Assembly (NCBI RefSeq): GCF_009914755.1
Contig: NC_060925.1
From: the human T2T-CHM13v2.0 reference genome, Homo sapiens
DNA length: 64,000 nucleotides
Reading direction: 5' to 3' (one strand)
The notes beneath the pieces are model-generated. The model saw nothing but the letters and a program-made list of their open reading frames with translations. It did not search any database and was not told the DNA's origin. Shown piece by piece: positions 54,053-64,000 of the stretch. The translations under genes were made by a program, and so were the position numbers. Every line of letters starts with the position of its first letter. Position 1 is the first letter of the stretch.

Positions 54053-55756
54053 TCAAGACATCATCTGATGGTGAGTTCAGCCAGACAGACAGGAGGTACT
54101 AGCAGGAAGAAAAGGGTCATCACTGCTCTCGACTTGTTCTGCTTCTGAAACGTTCTATTAGTTCTTCACAGCATTTCCTCATTTTTTCTTTATCATCTGT
54201 TTTTAATGGAGAAAAGCAAATGTTATTCTTTCTTATAACTTCTATACAACACTTATTTACTGTGACATAATGGTAAATAGATTTTTAATTTCCAATTATT
54301 TATGGACATAATAATATATATTCTATAGTTTTAGATTTTCATACAATGATGTATTTATTTTCCTGTCACTGAAGTTTTATAGAGGAAAAGTGACGGATTT
54401 TCTTTTGAGAGGGGATGATTTCTGAGGGGGTTACAAAACACTAGAAACAATGTCTCAATCATTTTATGTTTCTTTGATGAAACCCACAGACAGTGGCCTA
54501 AATCCAAAGTGTAGACTGCAGTGGAAGGATGGTGTCCCTGAGAGGAATCAGGCAGAGTTACGTGCGCTGGCTCTCACTCTCGGGCTGAGACGTGCGTTCT
54601 ATCTCAGGTTAGGTGTGTGATATTAGGCAGGTACCCTGAGAACCTGCATTTTTTAATATGTAAAGAGAGAAAATAATAGGAAGTAACTCATAGGCTCTTG
54701 GGAAAGAAGAAATGTAAAGTATTAATTTTAGTATTAGTATTAGAACAATTCCTGGGATGCTGTATGCTTCAAATAAAGATTTGACTCCATTTATACTTAT
54801 AATAAATCCCCAAGTTAAACATGCATTAAGCAATTTACATGAAAGTCAAACAAGCGGGTACAGAAGAAGAATGAACAGGGGGCCAGTTCACTGTGTGTGG
54901 ATAGTGTTCCCTTATCTGTCCCGTGTCCTGGTTGAGCTGTTGATAGTGGCTTAATGATAGTGGCTTAATGATAGTGATGGCCATTTCCTAAAGAGCAGCA
55001 GAGATTTCTTAGGAAACCCCGCATCTCCCTGCCCTCCTGCTCCCCCTCAATTTACTGAGCAAACACCTTTTAGGTCTTCACATGTGCTGGTCGCTCCTCT
55101 GGTCCTTGCTTCACTTTGGCCACAAATAATGGACGAGGTCAGCAGGTGTGTTTTGCAGTTTATTGGAATGTTTTTAAATTGTACACAGATCTCAGCCACC
55201 ATTTGCCAGTAGGGGTAGTGTTTGATACACATTATCTATCTATCTATCTATCATCATCATCTATTCATATATATACATATGTACATAAAATGTGTCTCAG
55301 ATTTGTTGGATATTTATATTAAAGCACCGAAGCATCCCAGAATGTTGGAAGTTTTGGTGAGTTGAATGTCTTAAATACTTTTTGTAATTACTACAAGAAT
55401 ACAAAATATATTTGAAACTTGTAAATTCATTCCAAAATGTCCCTGCATCATAATCACAGCTAAAGTCTTCCCAGAAAGAGGAGTTATTATGTCCTTATTC
55501 TTGGCAAGGGCTCTCAAAATTTAACATTTAATATGTCAGAAGTTGAAAAGTTGGAAAGTTTTAATTTCTTTCAGAGAAAATGTGGAAACAGCTATTATGG
55601 ATTATTTCAGAACGGCCAGATATATTTTGTGTCTATTGCCCTTATTTATTTTGTAACTATTTAAAAATTCAACTTCAAATCACATTTACATAATAGTTGT
55701 TCCCTGAATAGACTGACTGTGACCTCCTTAAGTGCACTCAAGTTCAATTTGTCTTT

Positions 55757-55906
55757 GATTCATCTTCTGCATATAACACAGAGGCTGTGAGTATCATGAT
55801 AGAGAAGGAAACAGTGAGTTGAAGTCAGAGGCGATTCATCGTCAGCATATAACACAGGCTGTGAGTGTCACGGTAGAGGGAGAAACAGTGAGTTGAAGTC
55901 AGATGC
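55757..55906. repeat. Tandem duplication, 2 x ~76 bp
   Basis: gattcatc...gcatataacaca..ggctgtgagt...gaaacagtgagttgaagtcaga occurs twice. Confidence 0.9.
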
Positions 55907-57308
55907 CTCAGTGTTGTTTGATTTTCCTCCCTGCTTCTCAGTTTGTATGAAAGATTGATTGTGGCAAGTAATAAAGCACATGAGGTTTGCAAAAACAACT
56001 AAAGCCTTGTCTGATAAACAGCAGTGACCCTCCAAATTCTAGTTCTTCCTCGCTGAGATTTAATGAGCTTTAAAATGAGAGGAGCTTTAAGGAGATGAGG
56101 TTGGAGGACCACATACTAGACAGGAAGGACATAGGAGTCTCCAAAAAGCTCTGCATAACCAGGGTTAAAATAAGAAATGTTATAGTTATATATTCACCTG
56201 TGTATGTTTACATAAATATATTATATATATTTATATAAAACCAGAGTATTTACACATAAACACACAAATATAAAATCCAAATTGTTTTTTTTTAAAGTGG
56301 GTCATATGCTTTATTTTGCAGAACTTCTGCCATTTTTATTTTGAAAGTCAGCTTCTTAAATGTATGAATAGGTACTGAATCTGGAGAATGGAAGTAATAT
56401 ATCTTATATAATAATAGTAGCAACAATCTCTTAGGTAGGTTGTGCAGAATAGTTAGCTTAAGGAGTTAACATCTACACTAAGAGTATATGTGTTTATTCA
56501 TCGGAAACTGTACTATTCTAAGCACTTTCATTACATTTCCTCATTTTACCCTCACCACACCTGAGCTCAAACATGATTTTTATCCTTTTTGATGTAGATT
56601 GGAGAAAGGAATGGCAGATAGAGAAAAAGGTGGACCCATAGCTGGAGTCTACTGTGTGTGGGCTCCTTACTTCACGTCTCTCGATGTCTAAAGGGTCAGC
56701 TGTGTGTGAGGACCCTTCCCTGCTCATGAGAATGTGAGGCTCGCTCCACGCAATCACAGAGCCTCACAGCATGGCCTGATCCTATGGGAGGAGGAGGTTC
56801 AAACATCTGGCATAATTTTTTTTCCAAGTTACGCTTTAGTTACTTGCTAAATCTTTCTTATATCATATATACCTCTGAGTATTTTGAAGATGCCTATTGT
56901 TTCTTAAACCAGCGATGTTGATTCAATTCAGCTGTCTATGACAAAAACTCTACAATAAGGAGTTTGCTTTATCTTTCTTTCAATGAGTCACTGTTTGTGT
57001 TAGCAGAGGAGGGAGGTTCTGCAAATTTTCAGTACTTGTTGATAAATGGCATTATCATCAGGAAAGTTTATGAATTTGAACCGTGACAACCTTACTATCA
57101 GTTACCAATTCTTCTGGCCTATAGTTGTGAATTCTTAGTTTGTTTTGTGAATTTGTTATATGTCATTTATATACTCAAATCCCCAGACCCACGGGACTCA
57201 GGTTAGCACAATCAGCACACACAAATGTGAGTACTCACTAAACACTCATTACAAAGGGACGCGTTACACTGACTCCAAAACTCTCCTTGGTGGCCTAGGT
57301 GAAACCTC

Positions 57309-58256
57309 ATGGCCAACATCACCTGGATGGCCAACCACACTGGAAGGTTGGATTTCATCCTCATGGGACTCTTCAGACAATCCAAACATCCAGCTCTACT
57401 TAGTGTGGTCATCTTTGTGGTTTTCCTGATGGCGTTGTCTGAAAATGCTGTCCTGATCCTTCTGATACACTGTGACACCTACCTCCACACCCCCATGTAC
57501 TTTTTCATCAGTCAATTGTCTCTCATGGACATGGCGTACATTTCTGTCACTGTGCCCAAGATGCTCCTGGACCAGGTCATGGGTGTGAATAAGATCTCAG
57601 CCCCTGAGTGTGGGATGCAGATGTTCCTCTATCTGACACTAGCAGGTTCGGAATTTTTCCTTCTAGCCACCATGGCCTATGACCGCTACGTGGCCATCTG
57701 CCATCCTCTCCGTTACCCTGTCCTCATGAACCATAGGGTCTGTCTTTTCCTGGCATCGGGCTGCTGGTCCCTGGGCTCAGTGGATGGCTTCATGCTCACT
57801 CCCATCACCATGAGCTTCCCCTTCTGCAGATCCTGGGAGATTCATCATTTCTTCTGTGAAGTCCCTGCTGTAACGATCCTGTCCTGCTCAGACACCTCAC
57901 TCTATGAGACCCTCATGTACCTATGCTGTGTCCTCATGCTCCTCATCCCTGTGACGATCATTTCAAGCTCCTATTTACTCATCCTCCTCACCATCCACAG
58001 GATGAACTCAGCAGCGGGCCGGAAAAAGGCCTTTGCCACCTGCTCCTCCCACCTGACTGTGGTCATCCTCTTCTATGGGGCTGCCGTCTACACCTACATG
58101 CTCCCCAGCTCCTACCACACCCCTGAGAAGGACATGATGGTATCTGTCTTCTATACCATCCTCACTCCGGTGCTGAACCCTTTAATCTATAGTCTTAGGA
58201 ATAAGGATGTCATGGGGGCTCTGAAGAAAATGTTAACTGTGAGATTCGTCCTTTAG
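57309..58256 (+). CDS. OR2T5: Olfactory receptor OR2T5-like (close paralog OR2T29), 315 aa
   Basis: [11 protein letters not shown]..., [47 protein letters not shown]; acceptor ...ggcctag ends at 57298. Confidence 0.88.
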
Positions 58257-60169
58257 GAAATTATAAAGTAGGAAATTTGGATATAAAGATTTATTTTCCT
58301 TTTCTCTACCCATCAGATACTTAGGATTTTATCCCTGTTATTCCTTAGACTCTCATACAATGATGCCTCATCTCATATTCATCTCATTTTGAGGAATTCT
58401 TTCACTGTGTGGAAACTCTATTTTATAGTCTTTGTCCATCCAAAATTCTTTTACAATTGTGTTATACTAATGTAACATTTTTGGAAGTTGATAACTGTTC
58501 TCTAATTTTGTGAAACAATATTCTTAACCTCAGGAAATACTTAATATTTAGAGACAAAAAGGTCATGAGGTGTTCAAATGATGAGAGGGAAAGAGGGAGG
58601 GAGATAGAGAGGGGCAATGAAACAAACTGAGTACAATGTTGCTGCCACACATGAGTATGGGTAAAGGGTGTATAGGTATTAATTGTACTATTGTTTTTTA
58701 ATGATACTTTTTTGTGAAGTTGAAATCATTTACAAATAATTAAATACCAGGCTTTTCTCCCTTTTTGAAAATATTCTCCTTTCTGCTTGGTGGCAGTGTG
58801 ACATCTTAGAAATCATGCTCATTTCATTATATCTAATCATTACCGAGAAAATCCAGTCATCGCCCCTTCTTTATTGAGGGCTACATTTTTCTGCATGGTC
58901 CAATTCTGATGGCGTCTAGTGGATTTATCTCTCCGAAATAATTACTGCCATGTGGTGTATTGAGGATGTAGGACCACATAAGTGACTGCAGAAAAAATAT
59001 GACACCTGAGTGGAAGGAGTTTTAAGGAAGGTTACCTGCCCAGGGTGATTCCTGAGCTGAGATTTCAAACATGTAACTTGTTATACAAACAAGCAGAGGG
59101 ATGGCATCAACATTCAATCCTTCATTTATTTAACAAGCATTTTGTACTATTTTATAATTAAAAATAGTTAAATAAGATTAAATTTTGAATAGCACATGGC
59201 TTTTACCAAGGAGTTTGAAAAATACATGTAGTTGTTTATGCAAACAAATGTAAGAAAATAAATAAGCTGTTTTGATACTCGTGTGAAGGGTGCAGCTCAT
59301 AAGGACACACTAATTCTATCTGTGACATCTGAGTTCAAACAAGGAGCTGAGAGGAGACTCCGGGGCTCAGTGCTGAATAGTGACGAAAAGTTACCCTCAG
59401 ATGAGTGTGTGATGTTGGAGCCAGGGGAACTTGCTGAGACACGCTGCAAGGGAAAAGGCACAGCATGAGCAAAGACAGGGCTGAGCAAGCGAGAGAGATC
59501 AATGCCCAGTAGATCTTTCTTATTTCATGTTAGGCTTATTTCTTGCCCTTGTGTGGCCCAGGGTTTTACAAACAATAGTGAAATGATCAGATTTGTATTT
59601 TAGAAATGTTATTTGTGTGGTGATCAATTGGAGATGTGCAAGACCAAAAACATAGAGACCAGGTACATGAGAATGGTGATCTAAATGATGTTGATCTAAG
59701 TGGAGTCGACCATGCCTTTACCCGAGAATAGGCTGATAGGAGGACATTTGAGGTGGGGCCTGCTGAACCTGTTACCTAAAAGCATACATGTGGTAGCTGC
59801 ATGCTATAACTTCCTAATTGGCTATGTACAACTTGCGAATAATCAGGTGTTTTCAACAGTACACATTCTTCTTTTCTCTCACCACACTCAATTATTTTAT
59901 GACTATAATATAAAGATTCTGTAGTGCTTTGGAAAAATATGAGAGAACTAGTTTTTAATATTTTTCCTGAACTCAGACAATATAAAATGCATACTCTAAC
60001 TTTGTATGAATTAAAGAGCATTTGTCAACTCTCAATTTGCTGGATTATAATTATAGACACATTTGATGGTTATCTTTAAAACATCCTTGTGAAAGGAAAT
60101 GTAGCAAAATTTCATGAAAAATGATTTTTGTAGAGCTTTATTGTGCTAAAAATTGTTAGCTGCCTAAAA

Positions 60170-62465
60170 TAACCTGTTATAATATGTTGGTAAGTCTCGT
60201 GGTAACTACAAAGCAAAAACCTGTAGTAGACATACAAAAATTTTTAAAAAACAAGGAATCAATGCATACCACTAGAAAAAACATCATTTAACCTTAAAAG
60301 AAGATAGTAAGAATGGAAGAAAAGAACAAAGTCTCTAGAAAACAACTGGAAAACTAACAAAATTGTAGCATTAAGTCCCTATGTATCAAAAATTATCTTA
60401 AATGTAAATGTATTAAATTATCCAATCAAAAGATATCTGGTGGCAGAATGTATAAAAAATGCCAACTACAACAGGTTACTTTAACCTGCAAGGACATATG
60501 CAGACGAAGTGAAGTGGTTGAAAAGGATATCCCATGCAAGTCGTAACCAGAAAAGAGCAGGAGTAGCTATGCTTATATCAGATAAAATAGACTGAAGTCC
60601 AGAACTGTAGAAAGAGACAAAGAAGATCATATATAATGATTAAAAAGTCAATTCAACAAAAAGTATATAATAATTGTGACTATGTATGAAACATTAACCT
60701 AAATACATAAAGTATTAATAGATCTACGGGGATAGATAGCAATAAAATAATACTAAGAAACTTCAACACCCCTCTTTCAGCCATGGAAAGACTATCCAGA
60801 CAGGAGGTAAACAATGAAATAACAGCTTTAAGTTGCACTCTAGGGCAATGGACCTAAAAAGCATATGCAAAACATTTTATTCAGTAGCTGCAGAATACAC
60901 ATTATACTCGATTGCACATGAAACATTTTCTAGGTTAGATCACATGTTTGACCACAAAAAAGTCTTAAAGATAAGAAGTTCAAAATAATATCAATCATCT
61001 TTTCTGATCACAGCAGTTTATAAACGAATGCAAGAATTCTCAGAAAGTTTACAAATAAATGGTGATTAAATAATATGCTCCTAAACAATAGATGGGTCAA
61101 TGAAAAAATTAAAAGGGAAAATAAAAGGTTGTTTGAGACAAATAAAAATGGAAAACTCAACATACCAAAACCTACAGGACACAGCAAAAGCAGTTCAAAG
61201 AGGAAGTTTATAGTTTATAGCAATGAATGGCTACATCAATAAAGAAGAAAGACTTCAAATAAGGAAAGGTAATATTGTACCTTAATTAACTAGAAAAACA
61301 AGAATAAGCTAAACTCAAAATTAGTAGATACATTAATATTGATTAGAGGAGAAATAAAAAAATGATAAAAACAATGCAAAACATCAGATGAGTTGTTTTG
61401 TGAAAAAACAAAATAAACTAGACTAAGAAGGTTCAAATCAGAAATTTACAAAGGAAATATTACAACTGAGGCCACAGAAATACAAAAGATTATGAAAGTA
61501 TAATGAATAATTGCATGCCAAAAATTAGATAAGCTGGAAGACATGAATTGACTGATACATAAATCCTACGATAGTAAATCTTAGCAAACCAATAATGAAT
61601 AATGCAGTGAAGTAGTAATAAAAGTCTCCCACCAGAAAAAAAAAAAAAGCCCAGGACAATATGGACTCATTGCAAAATTCTATCAAAAATTTAAAGAACT
61701 AATACCAATTATTCTCAAACACTTCCAAAAAATTGAAGAAGTGGGAATACTTCCAAATTCATTATACAAGGCCAGAATTATCGTAATACCAAAGCCAGAG
61801 AAGGACATGGGAATGAAAAAGGAACTACAGGTCAATATCATTTGGGAACATGGATGTAAAATTCCTCAAAAAATGCTAGCAAACTGAATTTAAAAGCACA
61901 TTTCAAAAAGCATTCATCATGATAAAATGGGATTCATCCCAGGGATGCAAGGATGCTTCAACAGATGCCAATTAATAAACATCACATAGCACAGTAACAG
62001 AATGAATGACACAATTTTATGATTATTTAGGTGGAGAGAAGCATTTGACAAAATTCCAAAACTCTCAACAAATTAGGTATACAAGGAATGTATCTCACCA
62101 TAACAAAGGCCATATATGATAAGCCTACAGCTGACATAATACTTAATGATGAAATGTTGAAAGCTTTTTCTCTAAGATCCAGCAAAAGACCAGAACGGTC
62201 ACTCTTGCCACTTTTATGTAACATAGCACTGAAAGTCCCAGCTAAAGCAATTAGGGAAGAAAAATAAATAGAAATGTAAATAGGAAAGGAAGAAGTGACA
62301 TGTTTCTGTTTGTTAATAAAGTAATATTACATATAAAAAAACATAAAGCCTTCAACAAAAACTATTCCCTAACAAATTCAGGAAAGTTTCAGGAAATCAA
62401 CAGACAGAAATTGGAGTTTCTATACTCTAACAGCAAACTGTATCTTTAAAAAGTTAAGAAAGACT
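60170..62465 (+). mobile_element. Old L1 (L1M) ORF2 endonuclease-to-RT fragment
   Basis: agagcaggagtagctatgcttatatcagataaaatagac...cagtagctgcagaatacacatt...gggattcatcccagggatgcaaggatg. Confidence 0.82.
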
Positions 62466-63888
62466 CATAGAGAGGAGTTATAGCAACAAGATAGATGAAT
62501 AGAAGATCCTCCAGCATCATTCATCCACACCCACACAAATAGAACTGGAAACTATTCAAAAACAATAACATCCTGAATTCCCATGAATTCAGGAGAGAAA
62601 AAAGAGAAGCTGTGTCTGGTCTTAGAGCAATTAGGTAAAAGAAGGAAACAAAGGCCTCCAAATTGGAAAGAAGGAACTGAAATTTTCCCTGTTTACAGAT
62701 GACATGGTCATATATTAAAAAAATCCTAACGACACCAGCAAAAACTGTGAGAACTGATAAATGAATTCAGTAAATTTGCAAGATACAAAATCAACATACA
62801 AAATTAGCATTTATATATGCCAACAGTGAGCAATCTGAAAGAGAAATAAGGCAATCCCATTTACAAAAACTAAAGTAAATACAAAATAACTAGGAATAAA
62901 TTTAGCCAAAGTAAAAGATCTCTTCAAGAAAAACTATACAACTCTAATGAAAGAAATTGAAGAGATCACAAATAAATGGAAAGATTCCCCATGTTCGTGG
63001 ATTAGAAGAATTGATATCATTAAAATGTCCATCTACCAAAAGAGAGCTACAGAATTAAAGCAATCACTATCCGAATACAAAAGATATTCTTCAGAGATAG
63101 AAAAAAAAATCCTAAAGTTCATATGGAAGCAAAAAAGACTCCAAATAGCCAATGCAATTCTGAGCAAAATGAATGAATATGTAGGCATCATACTACCCGA
63201 TATACTACAAGCTATTAAACATCAAAAGAGAATGGTACTGGCATAAAAGCAGACACACAAACAGAAGAGAACCCCTGAGAGCCCAGATATAAATTCACTC
63301 ATTTATAGTCAACTGATGTTTGACCAAGTTGAAAAGAACATACACCAAGAAAAGCACTACTTCCTCAATAAATGGTGATGCAAAAAATGCATATCCAAAT
63401 ACAGAATGAAACTAGACACTTATTTCACTATTTTAAACTCAAATTGGATTAAAGACTTTAATATCAGATCTTAAACTGTAAAACTTCTGGTAGAAAACAC
63501 AGGCAGAATGCATCATCACTACATTGATCTGGGCAAGAATTTTTAAAGTAGAACCTCAAAATCACAGGGAAAAAATAAAAAATTAAAAAATGAGATTACA
63601 TCATACTGAAAGGTTCTGCACAATAACGAAAACAATTCACAGAGTGAATAGATAACATACGAGTGGGAGAAAAGATTTGCCAACAATGCATTTGACAAGG
63701 GGTTCATATCCAGAATATATAAAGAACTCAAGTAACTGAGTACCAAAATTATCCCACAAATAATTTGATTTTAAAAATGGGCAAAAGACATCGAAAAACA
63801 TATTTCAAAAGAAGACATACAAATGGCTAGCACGTATATGACAAAGTGCTCAACATCACTAATCATCAGGGAAAGGCAAACTGCAATG
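62466..63888 (+). mobile_element. Second, nested L1: short 5'-end-like segment fused to the ORF2 3' part
   Basis: caagatagatgaatagaag (5'-end-like), then agagcaattagg... ORF2 text repeating the region already seen at 62240-62460; ORF 62947-63246 is ORF2-like (NKWKDSPCSWIRRIDIIKMSI). Confidence 0.7.
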
Positions 63889-64000
63889 TCTTGGATGGGC
63901 ATGGTATCTTTCACTTTGAAACTGGAGTCCTGCAGGCCATTTTGAATATTGTTCATGTTTCCTAACACACCCAAGTTGGCAGAAGACCCCCTATTTAGGG

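Overview
Primate, almost certainly human, class II olfactory receptor cluster of the OR2T subfamily (1q44-type). It has four intact single-coding-exon OR genes on the + strand, in the order OR2T7-like (9805), OR2T2-like (21500), OR2T3-like (42057) and OR2T5-like (57309). The surrounding DNA is AT-rich and repeat-dense: a heavily deleted HERV-K(HML-6)/LTR3 provirus, solo LTRs, nested L1s, Alus, DNA transposon relics and tandem repeats. Paralog and repeat subfamily names come from recall, not database searches. I see no convincing new biological system. The most notable signals are: (i) a strongly asymmetric AT-to-GC rewrite of the provirus 3' LTR into a CpG-island-like sequence; (ii) a recurring homeodomain + O/E(EBF) + splice-donor module upstream of three ORs; (iii) OR alleles that look mosaic or divergent relative to recalled reference paralogs, suggesting a non-reference duplicate or haplotype; (iv) an OR2T2 C-terminus and stop encoded by a 49-bp tandem repeat, plus an overlapping uORF.
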